Below the pieces are notes generated by a model. That model was not told where the DNA came from. It was given only the letters and a program-made list of their open reading frames with translations, and ran no database searches. A DNA stretch of 64,000 bases from the human T2T-CHM13v2.0 reference genome, Homo sapiens: the NCBI RefSeq assembly GCF_009914755.1, contig NC_060931.1, one strand, 5' to 3'. The translations under genes and the position numbers were made by a program. Of the stretch, positions 15,600 to 29,565 are shown one piece after another (the stretch's first letter is position 1; every line of letters begins with the position of its first letter).

Positions 15600-16285
15600 T
15601 TTTCCGTTAATCGTTTCTGGGTTTCCTCTGCCATAGATTAGTAACACTAAATTATTAGAGGCATGAAAAAGAAAGTTTTGCTTTTTCTGAGAATGTATTT
15701 TGTTGAATCTATATTTTAAAGGAAATATAGTCAATCAGGAAAATATTGTCCTTATTTTGAACAAATCAGATCAATTACATATTAAATAAAGGCATCATAT
15801 AAAGACAACACTAGTCCAGTATGTTTACTGTATATTAATTATCAGTTATAAAAGTTTGATTTTCCTGAGGCTAGCTGAATATATTATAAAGACATTTTCT
15901 TTGTTTCACCTGAAGAAATCATGTCATTTATAACTGAGTATTCTAGCTAAGTAAACAAATAGGGCCTATACTTTATGCACAAGATACAGAGAGGTGTTGG
16001 ACAAACAATTTGATACGGCTTAGAGTTTAGGGTCCTCATGAAGGTATATAGCAGGAGGCCAATATATGGTTGAATATAAATGTAAATTGTTTAGAGGGTA
16101 GTCATATTGTTGATATTTTGAATAGAGATAGACAGAAAAAGAATTATTTGTAATTAAAATGCCTTAAACATGGAAGTATTTTGCGTTTGTAAAGAAAACT
16201 AAAAATTCTAAATGAAAAAGTGAAAGTGGTAGTTTAAGGAGCTCTTTTCCTTGTTTATTAGTACATGCTATTCTTGAATTAAATC

Positions 16286-16449
16286 TTTTTTTGTTTGTTT
16301 TTGAGACACAGTCTTGCTCTGTCACCCAGGCTGTAGTACAGTGGCATGATCCTGGCTCACTGCAGCTTTGGATTACTGGGCTAAAGCAATCCTCCAGTCT
16401 CAGCCTCCCAAAGTGCTCTGATTAGAAGCGTGAGCCACTGTGCCTGGCC
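16286..16449 (-). mobile_element. Monomeric Alu (J-type arm hybrid / FRAM-like)
   Basis: About 150 bp; left-arm start fused to right-arm end. Confidence 0.85.
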
Positions 16450-18332
16450 AGCAGTTTTTATTTAATGTATAAATAACATGATTCTGTTTTGCTTGTTTAA
16501 AAATTTACTTTTATATTATTAAATTATGATTCTACTATTGTGAGTCTCTTAAAAGACTCAACACAATTCATTTACCTGGTGATTCTGTTGTTTATTGTTA
16601 ATCATTATCAATGGGACATGCACTTCAGAATTATGTTCCTCCACACCCCACCCTCAGTAAAAAGGATAAATTTACAATTTTGTATCAAAGATTACTTCAT
16701 TTTTATCACTAGAGCTCTATGTTTGCAAAGTAATGACCTCTCCATCATTGATTCTTCAAACAAATATTTAAAGTGCTTACTTTGTGCCAGGTGCTTTTCT
16801 TAACTGTCTTGCTTTATTGTTCCAGTGATTTAACCACATTCATCCAGAAATTCTCGGCCTCAGGATAATGAATACTCTGTGCTCAACTTTTAGAAAACAA
16901 ATAAGAAATCAAAAAGAAAAATGTTGATCAGTCAGAATGCAAAGAAATGAGCATTCTTTCACTTAATAATATACGTTTAAGGTTTTTCCATGTCTTTCCA
17001 TGGCTTGATAACTCATTTCTTTTAGTGCTAAATAATACTCAATTGTGTGTATATTTTGCAGTTTATTTATCCAATTACCTACTGAAGGACATCTTGCTAG
17101 CCCCCAAGTTTTGGTAATTATGAATAAAGCTACTATAAGCATCTGTCTTCATGCTTCTGTTTGGACTGAAATTTTCAGTTCATTTGGCTAAATACCAAAC
17201 AGCACAATATTCAGATCCTTTGATTAGAGTGTCCTTAGTTTTGTAAGAAACTGCCACAGTCTTTCAAAGTGGCCATGCAATTTTGCATTCCCACCAACAA
17301 TGAATGAAGGTTTCTGTTGCTCCACATCCTTGTCAGCATTTGATGTTGCCAGTGTATTGGATTTTGGGTATTCTAATAGATATGTAGTGGTATCTGATTA
17401 TTTGGCATTTCCCTGATGACATAGGTTGTTAAGCATGTTTTCATTTACTCATTTGCCATCTGTGTATCTTCTTTGTTGAAGTGTCTGTTAAGATCTTTGG
17501 CCCAGTTTTTAATTGAGTTTTTTTCTTATTGTTGAGTTTTAAGAATTCTTTGTGTATTTTTGCTTAACAGTCCTTTATTAAATGTGTCTGTTGCACATAT
17601 TTTCTCCATTCTGTGGCTTATCTTCCCATTCTTTTGTCTTGACAGTGTTTTTATGGAGCAGAAGTTTTCAGTTTTAATGAAGTCCACTTTATCAGTTATT
17701 TATTTCATGGATCATGCTTTGGTATCTAAAAAATCATCACTATACCTAAGGTCATCTAGGATTTCTATATTATTTTCACATTTAGGGCTATGATCCATTT
17801 TGAGTTAAAGGTCTGTGTCTCAATTCATTTTTTTTTTGTATGTGGATGTCTAGTTGTTCTAGCACCACATGTTGAAAAGACCATCTCTGCTCATTGTATT
17901 GCTTCTGTTCCTTTATCAAAGTTAAATTGACATAATTATGTAGGTCTATTTCTAGGCTATCTATTTTGTTCCATTTATTTATTTGTCAGTTCTTTCACCT
18001 TGCTGTAATTACTTATTAGTTCCAGGAGTATTTTTGCTGATTCTTTCAGATTTTCTACACAGCCAATCATGTCTTCTGCAAACAAAGAGAGTTTTATTTT
18101 ATTTTTTCCCAATATGTATACTTTTTCTTTCTTTTATTTGTCTTACCATGTTTGCTAGAACTTCCAATAAACTGTTGAGAAGGAGTGGTGAGTGGGGACA
18201 TGCTTGCCTTGCAATGGATATTAGTAGGAAGGATTTGAATTTCTCACAATTAAGTATGTTAGCTGTCGGGATTTCATAGATGTTCTTTATCAAGTTAAGG
18301 AAGTTCCCATCTATTCCTGGTTTACTGAGAGG

Positions 18333-18954
18333 ATTTATATATATATATTTATATAAATATATTAATAATATAATATTAATATAATTATTATATTATTATA
18401 ATTATATTATAATATATAATATATAATATAATTTATATATTAATATTATTATAATATAATATTAATATATAATAAATAATTATATTATTAATATAATTAT
18501 TAATTATTATAAATATTATTAAATATATTATTTAAAATTATATTTAATAATATATTTAATATATTATTTAATACATATGTATTAAATATATATTAAATAC
18601 ATATGCATTAAATATATATTATTTAATATATTATTTATATATAAATGTATGTCATATTATTTATATTTATATATAATATAAATATATGAAATATATAAAT
18701 ATTATTAAATAATTATTAAAACATTATAATATGATTATTAATTATAAACATTAATATAATTATTAATATAATTATAATATAATTATTATAATATTAATAT
18801 ATTGTATTTATTATTATATTAATTATATATACTATAATTATATATAATATATAATATGTAATATTATAATTATAATATTAATAAATAATAATATAATATA
18901 AATATGTATAAATATATAAAATATATAAATACATATATAATATATATATTTAAA
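18333..18954. repeat. About 620 bp almost pure A/T, TA-rich low-complexity tract
   Basis: Directly visible; sits inside L1 ORF2. Confidence 0.95.
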
Positions 18955-19461
18955 TCATGAATGGATGTTGGATTTTGTCAAATGCTTTTCTGCATCTATT
19001 GATATGATCGTGTGATTCTTTAGTATGTTGTTGTGATGGGTTATATTAATTGATTTTTGAATGTTGAACCAACCTTACATTCCTGAGATAATCCCACTTG
19101 GTAATGGTATATAATTTTTACACAATATTGGATTTGGTTTATTAATATTTTGTTGAAGATTTTTGCAATTTGTGTTCCTGAGAGAGATTAGTCTGTAGAT
19201 TTCTTTTCTTGTAATATCTTTGGTTTTGGTATTAGGGTAATGCTGGCTTCATCAAATGAGGAAGGAAGTATTTCTCCCACTTCTATCCTCTGAAAGAAAT
19301 TGTAGAGTATTGGTATAATTTCTTCCTTAAAAGTTTGGTAGAATTCACCAGCAAACCAACAGGGGCCTGGTGCTTTCTATTTTGGGAGGTAATTAATTAT
19401 TGACTCAATTTCTTTAATAGACATAGGCCTATTCTGGTTATTTATTTCTTCTTATATGAGT

Positions 19462-19591
19462 TTTGGCAGCTTGTGTCTTTCAAACTTTCATCCATTAGGG
19501 TATTAAATTTCTGGGCATAGAGTTGTTTGGCAGTTTGTGTCTTTCAGACTTTCATCCATTAGGGTATTAAGTTTCTGGGCATAGAATTGTT
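19462..19591. repeat. 64-bp tandem duplication (2 copies)
   Basis: tttggcag(c/t)ttgtgtctttca(a/g)actttcatccattagggtattaa(a/g)tttctgggcataga(g/a)ttg at 19462 and 19526. Confidence 0.92.
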
Positions 19592-21459
19592 GATAATATT
19601 TCTTTATTATTATTCTCACATCCATGGTATCTGTAGTGATTTCTCTCCTCTGTAGTGATTTCTGATATTAGTAATTTGTGTCCTTACTTTTTTCTATGGA
19701 GTCTGGATAAAGGCGCCTCAATTTTACTGATCTTTTCAAAGAATTAATTTTTACTTTTGTTGATTTTTTCTATTTATTTCCTGTTTTCAATTTCATTAAG
19801 TTATTTCTTAATCCTTATTATTTCTTTTCTTTTGCTTACTTTGGATGTAATTTGACATTCTTTTTCTAGTTTCCCAAAGAGCAAACATAGGTCATGGATT
19901 TCATATCTTTTTTTCTTTTCTAATATTGCATTTAATATGATAAATTTTCCTCTGAGCACTGATATTACTTTATCCCACACATTTTGATAAGTTATATTTT
20001 CATTTTCTCTATGTTCAGAATGTTATTAAATTTCTCTTGAGGTTTCTTCATTGACCTGTGTGTTACTTAGAAGTGTGTGGTTTAATCTCTACATATTTTG
20101 GGAATTTTAGTTATCTTCCTGTTGTTTATTTCTAGGTTAATGCTTTTGTGATCTGAGAGCAGATGTTGTTTGGATTCAATTCTTTCAAAATCTGTTAAGA
20201 TGTGTTTTATGACTGTGAATGTAGTCTATCTTGGTGAGTGTTCCCATGTGAGCTTGAGAAGAATGAGTATTCTGCTGGTATTATTGGCCGTCTCATGTAG
20301 TCTACAGATGTTACTTATATCCAGTTGATTGATGGTGTTGTATTCAACTATGTCTTTACTGATTTTCTGCCTGATAGATCTGCCCATTTTTGATAGAGGA
20401 GTGTTGAAGTTTTTAACTATAATAGTAGATTCATCAGTTTTTTCTTGCCAATTTATCAATTTCCACCCCCACATAGTTTCTTGCTCTGTTGTTAGGTACA
20501 TACATATTAAGGATTGTTGTCTTCTTAGAGAATTGACCCCTTTAACACTATTTTTATCTCTGAAAACTTTCCTTGCTTTGAAGTCTGCTATGTCTGAAAT
20601 TAATATAGATACTCCCATTTACTTTTGATGAGTGTTAGCATGCTATATTTCTTTATCCATTTACTTTTAATCTATATGTGTCTTTATATTTATTTAAAGT
20701 GCATTCCTTGTAGACAACAAATAATTTGATCTTATTTTTTGGTCCAGTTTAACAATCTCTGTCTTAGTTGGTGCATTTAGACCATTGATATTCTGTTGGA
20801 GTAATATCTACCATATTTATTACAGTTTTCTATTTGTTGTCCTTGTTCTTTGTTCCTATTTTTCTTCCATTTTTTCCTGCCTTTTGTGATTTTAAAGATT
20901 TTATATAATTTTATTTTTTCTTCTTTCTCAGCATGTCAGTTCTTTTTTTTTCTTTTTATTATTGTCCCATAGTTTGCAATATAGACTTACAACTAATCCA
21001 AGTCCACTTTCAAGTAACACTACACCACTTCATGGGTAGTGTGAGTACCTTATGAAAACAATTGTAATTCACCTCTCCCATTCTTTGTATTACTACTGTC
21101 ATTCAATTTGCTTATATATAAGCATGCATAAGCATATATACACATATACATGAGATATGTACATTGAGATTATTTTGAATGAACTGTTATATGTTAGATC
21201 AATTAAGCATAAGAAAAATAAAAGTTTTAATTTTACCTTCTCTTATTCCTTCTATTATCCTCTTCCTTTCTTTATGTAAATCTGAGTGTCTGACCTGTAT
21301 TATTGTCCTTCTAGCTAAAGAATTTAACATTTCTTGGAAGGCAGGTCTACTGGAAACAATTTCCTTCCGTTTTTATTTGTCTTATAAAATATTTTTCCTT
21401 CACTTTTGAAGGATAGTTTCACAGGGTATGGAATTCTGGATTGGTTTTTTCCCTCTCAA

Positions 21460-21462
<3 letters not shown>

Positions 21463-21493
<31 letters not shown>

Positions 21494-21808
21494 AGGCAGG
21501 ATCTTACTCTGTTGTCTGGGCTGGAGTGCAGTGGCACGATCTCGGCTCAAGGCAGCCTTGACCTCCCTGGGCTCAAGTGATCCTTCCATTTCAACCACCC
21601 AGGTAGCTGGGACTGCAGGCATGCACCACCATGCCCGACTAGTTTTTTTATGTTTTTTGTTTGTTTGTTTTTTTGTTTTTTTGTTTTTGTATTTTGTAGA
21701 GATGGGGTTTCACCATGTTACCTAGGCTGGTCTGGAACTCCTAGTCTCAAGCAATCCGCTCACCTCAGCCTCACAAAGTGATGGGATTGCAGGCTACCAT
21801 GCTTGGCC
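21463..21808 (-). mobile_element. AluJ
   Basis: Dimeric Alu with long poly-T; TSD CCTCTCAA..CTTT on both sides. Confidence 0.93.
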
Positions 21809-23012
21809 CCTCTCAACACTTTAAATATTTCATTCTATTCTCTCTCCTTGCTTGCATGGCTTATGAGGGAGAAATTAGATGTAATTCTTATCTTTTTTTC
21901 TGTATAAGTAAGGTGTTCTTTTCCTCTTTATTTTTTCAGGACTTTTTTTTTCTTTTTCTTTGAGTATCTGTAGTTTGAGAATTATAAACTTAGGTGTAGT
22001 TTTTTGACATTTATTCTAATTGGTGTTCTCTGAGTTTTCTGGATCTGTGGGTTAGTGTTTGACAATATTTTGGCGGAATTCTGTCATTATTGTGTAGAAT
22101 ATTTATTCTGTTTCTTTCCCTCTCTATTCTCCTCTTGTATTCCCATTATGTGTATATTAGACATTGTGTAGTTTTCCCGCAGTTCTTAAATACTCTGTTT
22201 TGTTTTCTTTAATCTTTATTCTCTTTGCTTTTTAGTTTTAGAGGTGTTTACTGAGATATCCTCAAGTGCAGAGATTCTGTCCTCAGCTGCATCCAGTTTA
22301 CCAATAAGTTGTGTCCTGTCTACTAGTAAGCCTTCATTTCTGTTACAGCAGTTTTTTAAATCTCTAGTTTTCTTTTTGTTTGTTTTTTGTTGTTGTTCTT
22401 TCCTAGGAGTTCCATCTCTTTGCTTCTATTGCCCATCTGTTATTGGGTACTGTCTTCTTTATCCATTAGAGCGCTTAGCACATTAACCATAGTTTTCATA
22501 ATAGTTGTTTTACATTCCTGGTCTGATAATTCCAATATACCTGCCATGTCTGATTCAGGTGTCCTTTCAAATTATGATTTTTGCCTTTTGATATGCCTTG
22601 TAATGTTTTCTTGATAGCTGGACATGATGTACTTGGCAAAAGAAACTGCTGTAAATGGGCCTTTAGTAATGTGATGGTGAGGTTTGGGAAGACAGAAAGC
22701 ATTCTATAGTTCTAGGATTAGGCCTCAGTCTTTTAGTGAGCTTATGACTTTTGATTGTGAACTTCACAAGTGTTTTTCAGTTTTTTCTCCCCCTCACCCC
22801 TTAGGTGGGAGAGGATGGCTAGCTTGGGTTGGAGCTGGGCATTTCTTCTCTTAAATGGAAGGCAAGAGCTGACTAGAGTTGAATATTTCCTTTCCTTCAG
22901 ATCAATTAGTTTTTGATAATGTGATACTATCCCAGCGGGGTAGGCTCTGGTTAACTAGTCTCTCCTGAGATCAAGGCTTGTTGAGAAGAACAGAGTGCTC
23001 TGGCATATTTTT

Positions 23013-23324
23013 ATTGTTATTTATGTATTACTTTTTGAGACAGAGTCTCACTCTTTCACCCAGGCTGGAGTGAATTGGTGTGATCTCGGCTCGCTGTGAG
23101 CTCTGACCCCTGGTTCAAGGGATTCTACTGCCTCAGCCTCCCGAGTAGCTGGGATTAAAGGCATCTACCAACATGCCTGGCTAATTTTTATATTTTGTAT
23201 TTTTAGTAGACACAGGGTTTCATCATGTTGGCCAGGCTGGTCTCGAACTCCTGACCTCAGGTGATCCACCCATCTCAACCTCCCAATGTGCTAGAATTAC
23301 AGGTATGAGCCACCACACCCGGCC
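23013..23324 (-). mobile_element. AluS (Sx/Sz)
   Basis: Dimeric Alu; TSD CTGGCATATTTTT at ~23000 and ~23326. Confidence 0.95.
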
Positions 23325-24634
23325 ACTGGCATATTTTTAAATGGTTCTTTTTCCCCTCCCCCTGCTGGAAACTTGAAGTGATGTTTCTTTGATATCTACT
23401 GTGAAAATCCATTCATAATGGACAAGCTGGTGGGGGAGTATACCTGGGTCCCCCTGGAGTTATCCTTTTAGGATTGTCCTCACTGAAATTCCATCAAGGC
23501 ATCAATTACAGCTCAGGTTTTCCTGTTCTGGTACTGGTTCCCATAGTGGTCATGATAGGACTCCTTGGTTTTATTGTCTACCTCTTCAGTCCTGGGGCCA
23601 GTGGTTTGCACTGCATCCTGACCTCTCTTACAGATCTTGGAAGAATTGATTTTTCAGCCTGTTCAGCTTTTTACTTCTTGTTAGGGTGGAGTGGTGACTC
23701 CCAAGCTCCTTACATGTGGAATTAGAAACCAGAAGTCAGCTTATGTTTTTAAAAACACACTGTATCTCGACATCTCAATAAAACTTTATTAATCTAATAA
23801 TACTATGGAAGTTTTGGAAGTAAAAATATATAGTGGAGGTGATAAATTAATGTCTGAAATGGTATATACAGCATTAAGATTGCCTAAAGAGATCAACTAG
23901 TTTTCTCCTCTATCATAGGAGCTCCTAAACCAGATATGGAGGGGTTTAGAAGTCGGAACCCACTGGCAAATAATTAACCTCATCAGGAAAGTTCTTGTAA
24001 GAAGGACTGATATTGGGTGATGAGTTTAGCAAGGTTGAATCATTGAGAAACATTTTCAGTAGCTAAATGAATATGTTTGCAAATTTTATTATTTTTGTTT
24101 TTGATAATGTTTCTGTAGGTTTTAAAAAGGGTATCCCCAAAACAATTTTCTAACATGTTTGACTTGAAACACAGTGAGGAATGCTTTAAGGCAATTCAGA
24201 AAACTGTGAGAGTGGGGTTTGGAATTGCCCACCGTCGTTTCAGGGATATGCCTTTAACTATTTTGAGTACCTAGAGAGCATCTTGTCATTCTTTGGCTTG
24301 ATATCTGGACAGCTCCTAGCATAGTGCTTATACCTACGTGATTTTTTATAAATATTGGATACAGTCTAGTGGCTAAAGACCATTAAAAAAAACCAAACCC
24401 CTGACTTCACTTGCAAGCCAGTTTCCTACAGATTCTCATCTGAGTAAAAATATATATTTTATAAAATTTTCAACAATATAGTCATAATTTCAATCTTTTT
24501 CAGTTCTAACACTAATGATGCTGTTGTAAGTTTTTTGTTTTTAAATCTTATCACTTATTGACCTTGATAATTTGCTTTATTTTATACTGTATGTTGCTGA
24601 AGAAGTAACTATTATTTGATTAAAAAAGCAGAAA

Positions 24635-24908
24635 GAGGCGGAGGTGGATGGATCACTTGAGGTCAGGAGTTGGAGACCAGCCTAGTCAACATGGTGAAAC
24701 CCCGTCTCTACTAAAAATAAAAATAAATAAATAAAAAATTAGCTGAGCATGGTGGCATGTGTCTAAAATCCCAGCTACTGGGGAGGCTAAGGCAGGAGAA
24801 TCACTTGAACAGGTGGGTGGAGGTAGCAGTGAGCTGAGATCGTGTCACTGCCCTCTAGCCTGGGCGAAAGAGTGAGACCTTGTCTAAAAAAAAAAAAAAA
24901 AAAAAAAA
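24635..24908 (+). mobile_element. 5'-truncated AluS
   Basis: Starts at gaggcggaggtggatggatcac; long poly-A. Confidence 0.93.
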
Positions 24909-25221
24909 GAATTCATCCGGGATATAGAATAAAGTAAGATACTAGAATCAAATGATGATGTAAGAATTATTCTCAACAACAATTAAATAAATAAGCAATA
25001 TAAGCAATAGCTGTTTAAAAAAGGATGCTCACTTCTGTTAATGAAAGAACAAAAAAGAGAAAAGAGGCAAAAATGTATTCATTAAAAATGCCAGCCTGAA
25101 ATTTGGATTATCTATATTATAATACATCCTTCTATTGAGTTAGAGATGAGATTATGTAAGAAAATTCAAACAAGCTGTTAAAACATTTCATTTCATAAGC
25201 CATATACCTGTGTTGTTTTAC

Positions 25222-25512
25222 TTTTTTTTTTTTGAGATGGAGTCTCACTCTGTCACCCAGGCTGGAGTGCAGTGGTGTGATTTAGGCTCACTGCAACCAC
25301 CGTCTCTGGGTTCAAGCCTTTCTCCCCTCTCAGTCTCCCGAGTAGCTGGGATTACAGGCACCCACCACCATGCCTGGCTAATTTTTGTATTTTAGTAGAG
25401 GTGGGGTTTCACCATGTTGGCCAGGCTGGTCTTGAACTCCTGACCTCAGGTGATCCACCCACCTCGGCTTCCCAAAGTGCTAGGATTACCGGCGTGAGCC
25501 ACCGCACTGACC
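25222..25512 (-). mobile_element. AluS (Sx/Sz)
   Basis: Dimeric Alu; TSD approximately TTTTACTTT. Confidence 0.95.
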
Positions 25513-26937
25513 TATTTTACTTTAACAAATGTATACAGTAGATGAATATAAATCTGTGAAGTAAGCAAAATTGGAACAGAAGACTCAGTATTGTAAAATG
25601 AGCATATTTTCTAAACCAAGTACTGTAAAGTGAGTATATTTTCTCACCCAACCTCAGCTCCTTTGAACCTGTGTTCTGTCTTCATTTACTTTGCTGAAGT
25701 TAAACTGACTCTCAGAAGAAAATCCAGTGCCTGACCCAGTGCATGCCAATGCCAGTGATTTTTTTTTTAAAGCACTGCTCAGCACACTGCCCAGCACACT
25801 GCCCAATTCAAGTTGCATTCAGGAGCTTTTATTTTATGAAAAATAAATTCTGGGTTATATGGGTAGATTAGAATAGAAGGTGGAGGTACCTCGGTGTTGG
25901 TAGAACTTTTAATTCAAGAAAATGGAAGTGTTGAGGAAGCTGTGGATAGGCAGGAAATCAGAGTTTCATAAATTTAAATTGCTTTAATATTAATTCAGAA
26001 TTTTTGAAACAAATACCATATCCTGGATGATAATATACTGGTGTTACCCTTGAAACGTTTTTATAACAAAACATTAACGTGTAGAGGATGCTCCTTACTG
26101 GTAAATGTATTATATTGTGATAGAGGCTGAGAGAGCTGATAGTAGAGTAGGACTACAGACTTCACAAAGAAAGGATCTGGAATTGGGATTGTTCAACAAC
26201 TGATAGAACATGAAAATCTGAAGTTGTTCAGAATTGTCAGAGTCCTTATATAGTGGTGGTTATTTATTCCTCAGATGATTAGGAAATCCAGCAACTCCCA
26301 ATATCCTATTTTTCACATACTTGAAAATACTTTCTGTGAGGTTGGAGTTTTACTTATCTAGACTGCCTGTGTCACATTTCCCCTAGTTTGACAAGAGATG
26401 GATAGAGCATCTCTAGCAGCAGGAAAGTGGCTGCATAGTCATTTTCATCCATATTAATGCATACTTGCTTCTGTAAGCCATGTTTACACACTTGATCACT
26501 TTGTTATTTTGCTGAAAATGAGAGCTTCTTGTCAATGAAAATAAGAGAGGGAAATGAAAAAATGTAATCCAGTGAATTGTTTTGATGATCATAAATGCTT
26601 ATGTCTTAAACTTGTTATATTAGTTTAAAAAAAAAAAGCATTGTTGCTTAGCATAGAAGAGGTGATGAGCTTACCTGTTTTCTTATGTAAGAAAGAAAGG
26701 AAGGAAGATCAGAGGCAGGAGGGGGTGAGAGAATAAAATAAATACATGAAGCACCTTTAAATATGATGCATTTTTTTAAGGCTTAGGCATCTTACTGCAA
26801 TAAAGAACTTGAAACTAAAATGAGACCATTCTGTATAATCTGAGTCTATTTAAACCTGCTTTAGCAATTCTACTAATAGCATTTCTGAATTTTTCTTTGC
26901 TGGTTTTTTCTAATTTAGTCCTACCAGACTCTCAGGC

Positions 26938-26940
26938 AAA

Positions 26941-26979
<39 letters not shown>

Positions 26980-26981
26980 AA
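26938..26981. repeat. (TAAA)n microsatellite
   Basis: About 10 copies, no adjacent Alu body. Confidence 0.95.
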
Positions 26982-27259
26982 ACAGGTGGTTTTTGAAGAA
27001 ATTCTTTTTTCTTGACTTGCTGGTGTATTTTTTGAGCCCTCAACTGAGCACATGCCCCCGTAGAATGAATTAAGTCCAGTCTGTTCTAACCTAGGAAATT
27101 GTGTTTAACTTACTGCTTATGATTATAAAATTTTTTTACCTTTGAATCAGAATTCATCCTTTAATTTTATTGTCTGAAATTCTTTTCCTCTTTCCAATTT
27201 TTCATATATTACTTTTAGTGACAGTGTCAAGAGCACTGTGATTTTTTTCTCTCCCACAG

Positions 27260-27401
27260 GATATTGGAAATACCAAACAGTATTTATGTTATTTTAGACA
27301 TGTATTATTCTTCGCTCATCATAGTAGCGTACATTTACATGTTTATGGTTTATGTGACTTTAATAGCTCTCATAATTATTTTAACAGACAGTTCTAGTTA
27401 G
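27260..27401 (+). other. Candidate cryptic or terminal exon (strong acceptor)
   Basis: atttttttctctcccacag|G; no strong donor seen. Confidence 0.3.
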
Positions 27402-27871
27402 CATGAACATTTTTTATAAAAGCTATACTCTGTTCTATGAAAAGTGAGATACAGTAACTACAGAAGCCTTTGTCTAAGTTTAAATGTCGTCAAAATTATT
27501 TTATTGCCAGTAATATTTTATAAAAAACAGATAAAAATTTAAATATACTTAAAAGTCTTTGGCTATTAGAATATAATAATTATTCTTTTGATTACCTCAT
27601 GAGAAATTCAGAAGGGTATTAGGTTGTGATTCAGACAAGTGTGTCACTTTCTCTACCTGCCTCAAAAATAATTATTATTTTCCCAGGACAAATTGCTGTT
27701 ATAGTTGGTATTACCCTGTGCTTACTTTTGCTTACATGATATCACATTTTAACTTATGATCTATCCTTGTCCTTGGAAAATATCATTCACTTAAAAGCAT
27801 ACTTACTACATGCTTAACCTGTCCTTAAGCATAGTCAACACTTAGGGTGTCTTTTATCTCTGTCTCTCTAG

Positions 27872-28256
<385 letters not shown>

Positions 28257-29449
28257 TGAAATTTGATTTTAAAGTATTTTTACCTGTTTTGTGTAAATAT
28301 GATATTGCATTTTTAAACAGTTCCATCAGGGAGCTCTTACTTTTGCTCTGAGTAAAATCCAAGAAGGCAGAAACCTACAACTAACTGTCCCAGCATTAGA
28401 CTTTTCTTTGATGATTGCTTGCTAACTTCCATTTTACTATTACTCTTACTAGCCTGCTTATTGATTAATTTTTGATTTTTACATTATCTGACAGAACATT
28501 ATCTGCCAATAAAATATATATATTTAAGTATTTCCAACTTGAAGCTAGAAAGAAATTTATAAATATAAAACTGACTGAAAACACAATTGTCCTATTCTTG
28601 AATAAATATGTTTCAAACTGTACCCATAATGTCAGCAGGGTTAATTTTCATTGTGGCTCCAATTTTTTTCAAGGTACAGTTTTATTTCATCTCTATTTCT
28701 GTGAATGTATCTTCTTAATGGATTTATTAGGATGTGGTAGAGTCTTGAAGGATCATTGGCTCCACTTTCTTAGATCCAGGTACTGTTAACTGAGGGGTAG
28801 GTCAGTCAGGCAAGAATAAAGCTTACATAGGCCCCACTCTGTACAGATAATGCTTACATGTTTCACTCAATGTGGCTCAAAGAGAGCAAATTTAAGTTCT
28901 CAGTGGTAATTAAAGTACCTATGCTTAGCAATTTTCAAGAATCTCCTTTTACCTCAGTACTCTACAAAGATATTAGAAGGATAATTTGAGAAACTCATGG
29001 AATAAATCTGTTGTAGATTAGCTATAATTAGTATTTATGTATATATGTTTAGATCTGCGTCATAGCTTTGCATCATATGCAGTCTTCACTACAGTGGAGT
29101 TCTAGTATTAACTATCAAAACTACAAATTATGTTTTATTAAGGTATAGTTTAAATCACTAGTTTTTGAACTTTAAACAATATTACATACTTAACTCCAAA
29201 ATTTATGACCTCAATAATGTTTTTTTGAAGTTCCAAAATATAATTGATTTTGCTCCACATTAAATTAAGGCAGTGGGACAGAGCATTCCTTTATTCCCTC
29301 CTTTGAACAATCATTGAATTAAATTTTGAACTAGGATTACTTAAGGATATCTCTGTCCTGGTTTATATCTTACTATCTATTCTACCTAAAATTTCATTTT
29401 TAAATTCCCATGCCTGTCTAGTTTTATGTTTTTTAGTCTACAGATTAAT

Positions 29450-29565
29450 ACATTCATTCAAGAAATATTTATTGTGTGACTACTATGTGCCAGGGAGTAT
29501 TCTAGGTTCATAGGATTAATAAATAAATTAAACAGACAAACATCCATGTCCTTGTGGAGTTTAAA
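29450..29565 (-). mobile_element. L2 3' end
   Basis: cattcattcaagaaatatttattg...ctactatgtgccagg. Confidence 0.8.

Larger units (their letters stand above)
16950..23737 (-). mobile_element. Ancient L1MC-type LINE running from 3'UTR to 5' end, with internal deletions
   Basis: 3'UTR ctttcacttaataatatacgtttaaggtttttccatgtc. ORF2 remnants (YEIPTANILN.EKFKSFLL...RQACPHSPLLLN..LEVLA; GVSILISD..DFK; STIIV.NFNTPLS). 5' end reads GACTTCTGGTTTC...CATGTAAGGAGCTTGGGAGTC. Confidence 0.85.
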
